Source: Sphaerodactylus townsendi
Taxonomy: Eukaryota
DNA length: 64,000 nucleotides
Reading direction: 5' to 3'
Assembly: GCF_021028975.2 (NCBI RefSeq)
Contig: NC_059432.1
Coordinates: forward strand, 62,558,001-62,622,000
Shown: piece after piece, positions 38,201-50,013 of the stretch
Position numbering within the stretch: the first letter of the stretch is position 1
How the letters are laid out: each line of letters opens with the position of its first letter
Notes under the pieces: model-generated
Seen by the model: only the letters and a program-made list of their open reading frames with translations
Told to the model about the DNA's origin: nothing
The model's database searches: none
Translations under genes and position numbers: made by a program

Positions 38201-41200
38201 GGAATTAATTTTTCTCACTTCCTTGTTCCTGTGAGAGTCACCCTTCTCTCAGTTTCAGTGGCTCTGTAAGCAGTCTAACTTCAACTACAACTTAAACTGA
38301 TCAACCATCAATTAACTATTCAACTATGTACAACTGTTTATAAGGACAGAAGTACAAATGTAAGATATGAAAGGACAAAAGTGACAGAAGAGTGCAATTA
38401 TGCTGACAATGATTTTGGGATGGCCAAGATATCCTCCTTTCCTCAGGAGAAGGAACCTTCACTGTAAGTGCCCAATGGGCCTTTCTCCCTCCAAGGTGGA
38501 AGATATTTTGTTGGGACCTCCCAGAGCAATGTTCCAGAAGCTCAATGTTCTCCTCCTCCTCCTCAACTGACAAGATTTAGCCTTCTTCTCCACCCTCTGC
38601 CTTGCTACCTGAGGTAGCAGTGAAGAAGTAGTTTTTATTTACGGTCAGTGACCAAATACAACACAGTTCTCCAACTGAGGTAGCAGTGAGGTGATGAGGA
38701 GAACCATCTCTGAAATGCCTGTTATGGGTCATTGATTTTTGAGCCACTTCAGTCAGACATTTGGAAGAGGAATTCCTTCCTAGGGCTTCCTGACAGGTTA
38801 CTGAGGGGGGGTAGAACGGGGAGGGGCACCCCATAAATGCAATTAAAGCAGATGGTGTGGAAGAGAAAACTGTGGAGCAATCATAGGGGCTGGAGGTAGG
38901 AACACAGTCCACCTGGTCCTCCCTGCCATCTCTTGTGCCTGACTGACACTGGCTTGTAGTTTCATTTTTGCATGAAACTGGTTCTCCCTCTCCAAATCGC
39001 CGCCACTGAGAATGAGCCCACAACAGGGACAACCTTGGCCGCTCTCTGTATGCTGTATTTTGGCGCCTGTTTACAATTCAGCCAGGGCAACATTGGCCAG
39101 AGTGATTGAAGTAGCTCTATCAGGGAAGTTGTTCACTGCTGAAAGATGCTCTTGCAGGCTGGCTGTTACCGGCACCTCTCTCTCTGACAGAAAGCCTGCT
39201 TTTGTCTTGAGTGGCACAGGCAGACTTTCCAAGCCAAAGGGAACAACATTCTCCTCTGGTCCAGAAAAAGTAGGGGGAGAAAAATGAGAGTGAAGAGGTA
39301 AGTAGAATGAAACGTAGAAGAATGAGAACTTATACAGGGGTAGAGTTAAAAAAGCTGAGAATGATTAAATGAATATAAAGATTAGACAGATAAGGGTAGA
39401 TTTAGATGCAATCTGGAATGCCTAAGTGACAATGCTACACTAAAATCCTCTCTCTCTGGAGACAAAAACAGAACTGAGAGAAGTCTGACTCCCCAGGAAC
39501 AAGGAAGCCAGAAAAATTAATTTCTGCCTCCCTGACTGGATGGTAGGAATCACCCAACAAGATGTCCTCCACAGAGAGCATCCCTGGTTTCCAAATCTTC
39601 TGAATGCAATGTTGGTGTATTGTTAATGCTGATTTCTCACATTCTTAAAGGCTAGATTATTTTATTTTAAATCATTGAGTTTTTCAGTATTCTAGGTCCT
39701 TATGCGGCCATGCACATATCCAGCCCACTTCCAAATAAAAGGACTGTGGTCAGTCTTCCTGGATTTCTCTGTTGATGCAAATAGCTAAGTGCATAGCTGA
39801 GAATCAAGACCAGATTTTCAGTTCAATACTGTCAATACTTAGTCAAACATCCCAATGCACTTGCAACCTACACCCTGCCCCACCCTTTAGGGTCATACTG
39901 ATTAAGTGGTGTACCTAGCTATGAAGAAACAGAGCAGATAAATCCAGTCTGGTCCAGCAAAGAGCATAATCACACTGAGTAACAGTTTCAGGAAGAACAG
40001 CCCCCTCACCACAGCATATACACCCCACCTCCGGCACAGAGATAAGAAATAGAGGTTGTTGAGATGAGGAGCTACATAGGAGACACCTGAGGGAAAAGCC
40101 AAATAAAACAAAGAGGATCAAACATTGTATTACTGCAGTCACAAGATAAACATGAGATACAAATCTTTACCCTTAGCAGAAAACAGGGCTTCTACGATCA
40201 ACTAGAAAAGGGACTTTAAAATCATATTGTCCCGCTACTTAGATGCAGATGGATACCAGTTTGACTGAAGCACAGTGGTAGCTCCTGCAGCTAGTTATTC
40301 TGTTGGCACAGCCGCTGCATCTCAATCTTTCACTGAAGCAATATGATTAAAGATATTCCAGCTGAAAACCCCATCCAAATCCCCCTCAGCTTCTGAGCCT
40401 TCAGCAGTTGTTATAGATGCACCTCCCACATTTCAACCTCATCCTGAAACTTAAATACAGTCACTACTATGCTGGCATAATCAGTTCTGCTTCTCTTGGT
40501 CAGTTGTGGCTCTCCTTTGTTTTCCTTATCAGCTCAATCAGCTGTAGGTCAGGCAGCCTAGCCTTCCTGGTGACTGTTAATCTGCTTACACTAAAATACT
40601 GTCCCTTGTCCCACTGACCAAGATTTCTTAAACTGAAATGCTACCAAAAGTTAATAAGTTTTGATTAGGAAATTTAGAAGTACTAACCTACAGCAAAATA
40701 AACTTTAACTTTGTTGATTCTAGACGACTTGGATATCCTATTCTTTAGGATGGCAGTTTTATACCATTAGAAAAAAACCCTACCATAAATTTAAAAAATT
40801 CAGGTTGGTTGGCTTCCATTTTTTTAAAAAAGCCATCCTTATTAACCTGGATATAGATGTGTGACAAAGTGATAGCATCTACTCTGTGTACCTAGGTACA
40901 ACTTACATATTCCTTGCCATAAGGGCAATATCAGATATACTCTGTACATTCCCTGCAGAGAACTCTATTCCCAGGTACAATGGGAGCCTGGTATTGACCA
41001 GGACTATGGCGCATGGTAAGAGAGTAATTAAGCCTGCACCACCGCTGTTTTCCCAATCTGAAATGGCCTCAGTGATGTTATTTGCCCCATTTGGTGTACC
41101 TTATAATTGTGCAATCCCCAACTAGTCAGAGCACCCGTAATAACATTTCATGAAAACTGTGCAAAATAAAGGCTTAAACACTCCCCACCACCACACACAG

Positions 41201-44200
41201 TGCACATCTGATAGAAAATCCTTGAGGCAGACCCCGACATGATGTGAGGGCTGTGGAGTATGCAGTTAGGCCTTAAGTGAAGGGTTCATGGTGAAACTTG
41301 CTAGCTTACTCTTGTTTTTTTGTGTGAGTATGTAAGGCATGTTTGTTCCAGACCAGTCCCCTTGATCCATGAAACTTATTTCAAAAAGATGAGACACTCC
41401 AAATTCTAATAAAGCAATAAGTAAATAGTCATGCAGTAAACATAAACACACATGCAGCAAGTATGGTGCTGTTCTTCATCAACAAACAGGAGAGGTCAGG
41501 GTCTCCTCCCACCCCCGCAGCTATAGTGGATTGTAACCCACATCAAAAGCCAGCATTCCTACGGTCTTGGCGCTGTATTATGTATGAGCCCTGTGCACGT
41601 GTGGGATTCCAGTCTAAGAAGAAGGAAGATTGTTTCCACAAAATGGTGAGGGCAGCTGAACTGGGGATCTTGACATCTCTGCCAATGAAAAGAAGTGCTC
41701 TTCTGTACTTACTTTCTAGAAAGCAAGTACATCATCAAATTCCCATCCTGGACTTACCCAGCAGAAATGATCCCATAGACAGAGAGATACGATCTGACAG
41801 CAGATGCTCCAGGAAGAGAGGGAAGAAGTTGCTATTAAAGTGGCAGTGGAAAACCTGTGAAAGATGATCCATGTGAAAATGTAATTATTAAGATACACAG
41901 CAGGACTACAAGCAAAACATTGACAACAATAACATTCCTAATACCACACACACGTAAAAGCCATATCAATGGGAATGGTTTTATACAGCTTATGAATTGG
42001 GGATGAAATTCTTTAGCTACACAGTTTAAGCCAACAAATTATTAAATGCTTGGTAACAGATGCCTCGGTTAATTCAGCAAGTCTTCCTGTTAAACCCAGT
42101 TAGCTAGAGGATAAATATATAGAGCATTCGATGCCATCACGCAGAATCAAATCATTTCCCAGAGAGCACTGCAGCTGCAAATGTCATGCCAAGTTGTTTA
42201 GAGCTGCATGAAAATCTCCCTAAAGAGCTTGTGAGTAAAGCAACTATTACCCAGGCAAAATGGAAAGCAGGAGGTTGAACATGTTTTTTCATACTTTCCC
42301 AAACCATTCTAAAATGCTATGCTCCACAGGGTGCCAAGAACATATCTGATCTGTAGGTACTGCTCTTATAACCAACAGTCAACTGTGTCATCTGCACTGC
42401 TACAACTCCCTCCACAGCTGCCTTGGCATCTGAATGTTACCAAGAGTAGAGCTGGTGCTGCTCATCACATATCACACCATGCCCGTTTAAACATGCATTT
42501 TAATTATTCTTCCTACATCACAAGTCACAGGTTTAGGATTGAAAGTAAGTATCAATCCATATCATGTATAACAATAAGACTTACTTTCCCAAAGCAGAGA
42601 ATACCAGGGCATTCAAAAAGACGTTCTCTGTTATCACAGGGACACAACATAAAAGCCCTTTGATTCTTGGGGAAACCAGAATTTTGTTCAGGAGGTAGAA
42701 TAAACTTCTTTAAGCCAGGTCTCAATCCACGGACTGCTCAGCAAAATTCTTGTGGCAAAAATCCTATCACCTTCTAATCTATACCATGCAGAAGCAGAGC
42801 TACCAGGGGGCCGGGGGTGCGCGCTGCACCGGACTCATGCCAGGGGGGATCGCCCTCCCTCTCCCTCCCCTCCCACTTACTTTCGTCAAACAGTGCAGGC
42901 TGGAGAAGCGGCCTGTTCCCTTCAGGCTGAAAACGGCTTGGTGGGAACTACACTTCATAGGAGACCTTGCGAGCCCCAGAGTCTCATGGGAAGTATAGTT
43001 CCCACAAGGCTGTTTTCAGCCTGAAGGGAACAGGATGCTTCTCCAGCCTGCACTAAAGGCGGGGGCGGGGGGCAGGGCACCACAGAAGGAGGGTCGGAAA
43101 ACACAGAGTGTGCCCAGTGCAGCAGCTACGCCTCTGATACTATGCCAAATGTTAATTGGATACAGTGGATAGGACATTACCTTCAGGTCCAATAAAGACG
43201 TATTTTGATCATGTAGCAGGCCACCTACACTATACTGGATTGAACCTCTACAGGTCAGCATGTGAGATGGCGACCCATCCAACCTCAGCAGTCAAAAAGG
43301 TTGGGTTACTGAGAACAACACACTACACCTACCTGTATAAGGTTCATAGACACAAACCAGAGGAAGTTGCGATGCCTAGAGAGCTGTTTGAGATACTCTG
43401 CCAGAGTGATCCTTTTCTCCGGTTGCACAGATGGTGTGTCTATATACAGTCTGGAGGAACAAATGACCACATTTTTAAAAACAGCTAGTGTAGTGTAGTA
43501 AAGTGGATAGAGGGCAGAACTTTGAATGGGAAAACCAGAGTTAAAGTTCTCACTTGGCTATACTTCCTTACAGAGTTAGTAAGAGTTGATAATCTGGGGC
43601 AATTCCATGTATGCCATATTGAGGCCTGTGTGAGTCATACAAAATTATATTTATCTTCTGTTTGTTGTGACAAAACAAAAACTTATTTGCAAATACCAAT
43701 GTGTATGATTAGGGGGAACAGATGTTTCAGGATATGGCAGAAAAGCTGAGAAATCTATAGCTTATTATTAAGTCTTAAGATGCAGCACCAGAGGTGTTGC
43801 AATTTGGCTTGTGCCAAGTGCAGATCAAATTTCTGATTGCACGAAAGCTACTTAGGCAAAACAGCAAAGGGTGGCTGATCTCCCTTTAAAAATATCAAAA
43901 CCAACACCAACTCTATAGCACTGCTACTATTTAGGTGACGGGCTAAATTAAATGGCAATAGAAACCAAATTAGGTAGTAATAGCTAATGATTAGATGGCA
44001 TATAATCCTTCTGCCTCCCAAGCAAAGTCCAATTAGGAGGTGCTATGAAATTGTCTTCCTTCTATTTTAAGACCCGGATTATGGACATCTGGTATTTTCT
44101 TGTGTGAGGGGGGAGGCCAAAGTTGCACGTAGCCATGGCAGTCCATTGGTTCTAACAGACTGACATGGCAGCAGTTTTTATATACATGATCTGGTAATTT

Positions 44201-47049
44201 TATAGTGCAAAAGCCCATCACCCATAGGAAAATCCTAATCCATGGGAAATCAAACTAAATTTATATTTAAGAGCAGCGGCAGGATTTTTTTACACTTTAA
44301 AAGGTGACTAACACACCTCCAAACAAATGCTAGAACATACTGAGGAAACAGTTGGTCTCTGCCGCCCTACATGATACATCCATTGGGCAGTATGTAAAAC
44401 CAGGAAAGAAATTATACAACCAGATTTAACTCACTCTTTTAAAACAGCTCTTTCATCCCATTTCCCTTGTCCTTCACTCTGAAACCTCTGCTTCAGAAGC
44501 CATGTGGCCACAATGAATCCAATGGCTGAGCCAAGAGCCAGCGCAACACAAAATATCCGGAAAGAGAAGAAGTCCTCCTTGTTCCACACAGCATAGGACA
44601 TGAACACTGAGAGGGAGCCGATGGCACTGAATAGCGAAGAGTAGAAGTTGAGTCCAGTTCTGTCCTTTGCAGACACAGCAAGGTCAGCAAGCAAGGCATT
44701 CTGGTTGAGATCCACCATGGTGAGAAAACTGTCATACAAGCAGAGGCAGATGAGGAACTGTAAACCTGGGTGGGCCCATGCAATCCAGAAAGCCAAAAAT
44801 GACAAAGCAAAAAGGGGGCCATTGCGGTTCAGGGCCTTGAGTCTCTTCAAGACCACTTCTGGAGCGGAGATCTCTATTCCAGACCTATAGAAGAAAGAAC
44901 ACGTTTCCCATGAAAGCTGGTTGGATTTGTTCCACAATCTGAAATATACCTGCTGTTGAAAGCCCAGTGCTGTCTCCCTTACCAATCTACATGTATTCTG
45001 TCCTCTCTGACTCCAGTATTCATCACTGTTAAATGATCTGGTGGTAGAAAATGCTATCAAGTCACAGCTGACTTAAGGTGACTCTGTAGGATTTTCAAGG
45101 CAAGAGACGTTTGAGGGTGTTTGTCATCGCCAGCCTCCAAGTGGGCTGAGAAAATTCTGAAAGAACTGTGACTGGTTCAAGGTCACCCAGTAGGCTTCAT
45201 GTGGAGGAGTAGGGAACAGAACCCAGTTTTCCAGGATTAGAATCCCCCACTCTTAACCACTACACCACACAGCTACTTCTCATTTTTTTTCTTTGCAGGA
45301 AAGTTTGTGTTCTTTTATTCCCAGTCCCTGTTTCTACTTTTTAAATAAATGCTCAAGTTATTTGACTGCACCCATGTACACATTCGCCAGGCTTCTTTTA
45401 GGAGAAGCTACAATTGGCTAGTTCACAATCCCATCTCACTGTGGAAATTCAACAAAACAAAAGGAGCAAAGTCTCCAGTTCCTAGAGGAGTCATATGTAC
45501 TAGAAATTCCCAGAAAGAAAGATATAAAAAGTACTGGTCTGGATGCATGTGCAATTGAAAAAAATAAAAATAATTTCCAAAGCAATGTGCTTATTTTCAG
45601 TTTATCATGCTAACTGGCATATTGCGCCCAACTTTTCAACACTACGAAGCTCTCAGTATTATGACACATGACATAAATGACACTCTGCTTACTGTTGGGT
45701 GCTAAGGAAAGCATGGTCACTCAGCCAGCCAAAGAGAGGATCGTTGAGACTGTTCCATATCAGAAACACAGTCTAGAGGGAAAATAAGGAATGCAAGTTG
45801 AAGACAAATGTTTGCTGCTAATAATGCCCATCTTGGAAACCCAAAGACAATAACTCGCATGCTCATCAACACAAATAGCCATTCTCTGCCCACTACCAAA
45901 ATCCTGCCATACTCCGAAGCAGCTATCATATGGAACTCCATAACGAAAAGGGGCAAAATTCACCATTGTCCGAGTTGATGAAGGTAGTCAATTTGGTTTT
46001 TCAGCCCTCCAAGGACAAAAATGCCAGAATTATACTCAAACCCATTTCATGTATTTCATAAAGCTCTAACACAAAAATGTCATCGATTCAAAGAACAAAA
46101 CCCACTTCCTTTCCCAGGTTTGGAGTGGAACAAAATTCCCTCTGGAGTGGAACAAAATTCCCTACTAGCGGTGGAAGACTATACCTACTATGCCAGTTTT
46201 AAGAGGGAGACTATATCCCTCCCGTACTTCAGTATTCTAGAGAGGACAAAATGTATTCCTTCCACCACCACAATTACCTGCCAGTCCCACTGAGGAGAAA
46301 GTACCTTCCTGACTCTTCTGATAAAGAAATCAGTCAGATGAAGAACAGGCAATATTTGTTCTGCGCGTAAGATCTTCAAGGGAGTTCTTCATAGCATATA
46401 GATTTTTACTGGGAAATGGTTGTAGTGAATCATCATCGTGTTTGGAGTTGTAAAAGGAAAAATTGACAAGAAGATCACAAAAGTATGCGCAGAAAAGATT
46501 GGAATTTTTAAGAAAGGCAGTATTGGACAGGTCCTTGCCTCAGCCCTTTAATGGGAGAAGTATAAGGCAAGGGAATTCCACTTCTAGAACATAGTAAGTT
46601 GCTTAACATGAGAATTGTTTGAGAAAAATGCCCAGGAATGCCAGCAACATAAGTGACATGCTTGCAGTACCTCTTACAGCTAAAGCATGCAAATTTCTTG
46701 CACTCCTCTTGTTTATCGTCACCTCAAAAGCAGACACAAGGCATGAAAGCAGTCTCCCAAGAATTCAAGAGAAACCCCTCCTTTAGTTCTTCAAGTAGCA
46801 GGTGCCTAGCCTGTTAACAGCCCCAGACTTCAGCTTGCTGAACAGCTTTGACAAACATATTAACTCTCAAAGTTCAAAACCTACCTCGCCAATCCAAAAG
46901 GAAAGTTTATCAATCTTGTAAACAGAAACAAAGGTGTCCACGTAGTAGAGGAGAAATACGTTGTGCAAAATGGAAATAAAGAGTGACAGGGATCCATAGA
47001 CCACTGCAATGGGCAGCCGGGAGAGATGAGTCAACAGCTGGGAAGCCAT
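34953..47049 (-). CDS. MFSD13A: MFS domain-containing 13A / TMEM180, complete CDS in 8 coding exons, 508 aa
   Basis: Exons 47049-46885, 45772-45693, 44884-44435, 43450-43333, 41854-41758, 40086-39915, 36035-35842, 35203-34953. GT-AG introns, consistent phases, total 1527 nt. Motifs [51 protein letters not shown] and FTEGTCKLL match TMEM180. Confidence 0.96.
35842..36035 (-). CDS. MFSD13A: MFSD13A coding exon 7 ([12 protein letters not shown]...WLLCSYT)
   Basis: ORF 35834-36028; TAG acceptor; GTAGG donor. Confidence 0.94.
36168..38022. mobile_element. Penelope-like element (GIY-YIG fragment plus pseudo-LTR) as a head-to-head inverted pair
   Basis: 13-bp TSD AAAGATTTAACTA (36155-36167 and 38023-38035). 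Minus strand shows frameshifted GIY-YIG remnants ([39 protein letters not shown]). Terminus ..GAAAGCCTTCGACAATACA. Right arm is an inverted copy of the left. Confidence 0.85.
36253..36295 (-). ncRNA. Minimal type I hammerhead ribozyme motif in the Penelope pseudo-LTR
   Basis: Minus strand UCCU-CUGAAGA-UGCC..GGC-GAAAC-GUC-AGGA: CUGANGA and GAAA core boxes, GUC cleavage triplet, helix I UCCU/AGGA, palindromic ACGU helix III. Confidence 0.75.
39915..40086 (-). CDS. MFSD13A: MFSD13A coding exon 6 ([23 protein letters not shown]...FIA)
   Basis: Within ORF 39902-40111; CAG acceptor; GTACAC donor. Confidence 0.94.
41758..41854 (-). CDS. MFSD13A: MFSD13A coding exon 5 ([32 protein letters not shown])
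   Basis: CAG acceptor; GTAAGT donor. Confidence 0.94.
42789..43136. mobile_element. GC-rich hAT MITE, family B
   Basis: Same TIRs and internal hairpin as 21912-22269; TSD ATACCATG/ATACTATG. Confidence 0.88.
43333..43450 (-). CDS. MFSD13A: MFSD13A coding exon 4 (..[26 protein letters not shown])
   Basis: CAG acceptor; GTAGG donor; translation matches. Confidence 0.92.
44435..44884 (-). CDS. MFSD13A: MFSD13A coding exon 3
   Basis: Within ORF 44431-45060 (hydrophobic TM helices); TAG acceptor; GTGAG donor. Confidence 0.94.
45693..45772 (-). CDS. MFSD13A: MFSD13A coding exon 2 ([26 protein letters not shown])
   Basis: TAG acceptor; GTAAG donor. Confidence 0.93.
46885..47049 (-). CDS. MFSD13A: MFSD13A first coding exon (exon 5' boundary at 47156)
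   Basis: ACCATGG Kozak; [21 protein letters not shown]...FWIGE; GTAG donor. Confidence 0.93.
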
Positions 47050-47590
47050 GGTGGTACACTCAGAGTCCTTTGGCTTCCCTCATCACCTCCAGTTCCAATG
47101 GGGCCTCTCCCTCCAGCACCTACTATTTCGTTGTTGGGTCCAAACCATCATCATTCCTATCAGAAAAAAACAAAATCAAGTAGTTTATGTGCCATTTTCA
47201 CCTGAAGAAACAGATCCATTTAGTCTGCATTAAGAAATGCAACTGCAAACAGTTCTGTGGTTCAAAAAGAGGACCAATAATAGGATTGGAAAGGCTCAGG
47301 CTATCTTAGTAAAGTAGCTTTGTTAAGTCAAAACATCATACGGCAATAGCCTTCTGATCAGACTCACAGCTCTCCAAGGCATCTGTTTACAGGGTGAAGT
47401 ACTTAGTGTGTTTTTATAAGGTGTGTTTGATGCTTAATTGCCAGCTGGAAATAAATGACCAATGTCAATATATGGACATTTTGCAGGGTATCTTGTCCCA
47501 TCAGACAACATATCTCATCCCCAGACAAGGGTACTTTCCCAATGAAGAGTTTTCAAACTGCTAGTCCCTCCAAAGAAGTCTAACTATAGC

Positions 47591-47725
47591 CATGGTGGCG
47601 AACCTTTGGCACTCCAGATGTTATGGGCTACAATTCCCATCAGCCCCTGCTGATGGCCATGCTGGCAGGGACTGCTGGGAATTGTAGTCCATAACATCTG
47701 GAGTGCCAAAGGTTCGCCACCACTG
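47591..47725. mobile_element. Fully palindromic hAT MITE, family C
   Basis: Arms TGGTGGCGAACCTTTGGCACTCCAGATGTTATGG... are reverse complements of each other. Confidence 0.85.
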
Positions 47726-47979
47726 ATATAGGAACAAAATGCGGCATGTAGGTTGAATCCTAAATTACCAAGGGACTCATACGGACTCCTTTGCTTTGAT
47801 CTGATTACAGCCACTTTTCACATTTCATTTATTCTGTTTAAAAGAGATTACATTAAGTACACCATACACCTACAGTAGTGTTTCTGACTGTTTCTAACAT
47901 TATGTTCCCCTGACAAATTTGCTGTAACTTCCATACTCTATTTCATCTACCCTATTCTGTATCTACTGTAGGCAGCAGA

Positions 47980-48225
47980 GGATAGGACATGAATTAACAG
48001 GTTTAAATTAGAGGGAATAAGAAATCAGCTGGATTTTGGGACAATTTTTACAGAAAAAGTTATTCAGCAGTGGAATTGGCTGCCTAGGGAGGTGATAAGC
48101 TCCCTCTCACTGGCAGTCTTCCAGCAGTAGAGGAACAAACACTTGTCAGAGATACGTCTAAAGAGGAGGGTTGGACTAGATAGCCTATATGGCCTCTTCT
48201 GACTTTGTGATTCTGTTCTATGATT
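47980..48225 (+). mobile_element. Old CR1 LINE 3' fragment
   Basis: CAGTGGAATTGGCTGCCTAGGGAGGTG...GGGTTGGACTAGAT and an (ATTCTRTG)-like tail. Confidence 0.75.
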
Positions 48226-49284
48226 TTACCTGACTCTCTGGTGGTACTGAATATGGTAAGCACAGCCGCTCTTTAACCTTCACTTTGCACTCATTGCTGG
48301 TATCCCATTCTATCCCATCTCCGCCAGTTGAGTGACAGCAGTCTGAAGGACAGCAAGTGTGATATCTCAGACCTCCTAGACATCCCATGTGATCACTGCA
48401 ACTTCCATGACTCCTCAGTCATTCAACCTCAGCATATTTTTATCAGGTGCCATTTCCATGGGCATGTCAACTACAGTTGTTTTTAAATGTTATAGCAAAA
48501 GCCAGGTTAAAGGGTATTGAACATATGATGGCAAATGTACTAATATATTTTTAACCCTTCTTCAGCAGCTTGCAAGCAAAACACAGCTTGTGAACATATC
48601 ACACCAAAAATATAAGCTACTCCTGCTGTGTAAGAGCTTTTGTCCAACCTGGGAGGGGGAGAATGAGGACCCAAAATATGTTTCTCCTCACAACAGCCCT
48701 GTGAGGTCAGTTAGGATGAGAGTGTATGACTGGCTCAAGATCACGTAGCAAGCTTCACAAGAGATCTGAATCTGTATTTCCAAGCTTCTACTATGACACT
48801 TTAACCACTACACCATAATGAGATAACCACTTTCTCTAGTTCTTTCCATCTGGGACACTTCAAAGGACATTGTGTGTATTTTAGAAAATGTGCATGGTGT
48901 GACTGAGAGAATGTGTACCCAAAGGTATTGGTATAGATTTATGTTCTTGAGAAAGATACAAACATATTGTGGTGCGGATCTGGGAAGAATACACATTTTC
49001 ATAAAGCTCCTTGGCCCAAGAATCTTCAGCCTCAGTTGAAGTTTCCAAAATATTGACTAACCAGTCCTAGTTCCAAGCACCTACAGCAGCTTTGGGGCCA
49101 ATATTCCTCCTTCCTTCCCTCTTAAAGCAGGACTCATTCCTTGCACATGTCATTCTTGAAAGCTCAGAATGAATAATTAAACAACTCTTCTGAAAAGATT
49201 GTTTGAAAAATATGGAGGCATTTTCAGAACATACAAATAACTCACTTGAGTCTTCCCCTTTTACACACTCCCAAATCCCTAGAA

Positions 49285-49432
49285 CAGGGATCTGCAACCT
49301 GTGGCTCTCCAGATGTTCATGGACTACAGTTCCCATCATCCCCTGCCAGCACGGCCAATTGGCCATGTTGGCAGGGGCTGATGGGATTTGTAGTCCATGA
49401 ACATCTGGAGAGCCACAGGTTGCAGACCCCTG
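49285..49432. mobile_element. Fully palindromic 148-bp hAT MITE, family C
   Basis: Whole element is a hairpin centred on GGCCAATTGGCC; perfect 8-bp TSD CCCTAGAA. Confidence 0.92.
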
Positions 49433-49667
49433 CCCTAGAAGCAGGGGTGGGGGAGATCAGATCAGATGCCATTAATAGAGTGCTATTTCTCTGTTGCAAA
49501 GCACAACCAAAGCTGTCCCATTCTCCCTTCCAGAGATAAAGGTTTTAACTCTGGAAGGACAAAAGAAGTTCAGCACTCAGTGGCTGGCCATCATTATGGA
49601 GCTGAGCACTGGGCTCTCACAGAACTTGCCTAGAAGCCTAGCTCATTGGCTTAAGTGGTGGTAGTGG

Positions 49668-49670
<3 letters not shown>

Positions 49671-49738
<68 letters not shown>
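49671..49738. repeat. (AG)n microsatellite
   Basis: About 34 uninterrupted AG units. Confidence 0.97.
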
Positions 49739-49743
<5 letters not shown>

Positions 49744-49865
49744 GAGAACTCTGCCGAATCTGCCTGATTAGGCAAGCACAGAAGAGTAAGATTCTGCTTT
49801 TCTTTCCATTTCTCTGCTAGGGAGAGAGGAGTCAGTCCATCCAGATGCAAAATCTCCCTCCAGAT

Positions 49866-50013
49866 CAGGGGTAGGGAACCTGCGGCCCTCCAGATGTTCA
49901 GGAACTGCAATTCCCATCAGCCTCTGTCAGCATGGCCAATTGGCCATGCTGGTAGGGGCTGATGGGAATTGTAGTTCCTGAACATCTGGAGAGCCACAGG
50001 TTCCCTACCCCTA
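49866..50013. mobile_element. Fully palindromic 148-bp hAT MITE, family C
   Basis: Hairpin centred on GGCCAATTGGCC; perfect 8-bp TSD CTCCAGAT. Confidence 0.92.

Noticed and set aside
38610-38690. let-7-like miRNA gene on the + strand (TGAGGTAG)
   Set aside because: Similarity stops after about 11 nt and there is no precursor hairpin.
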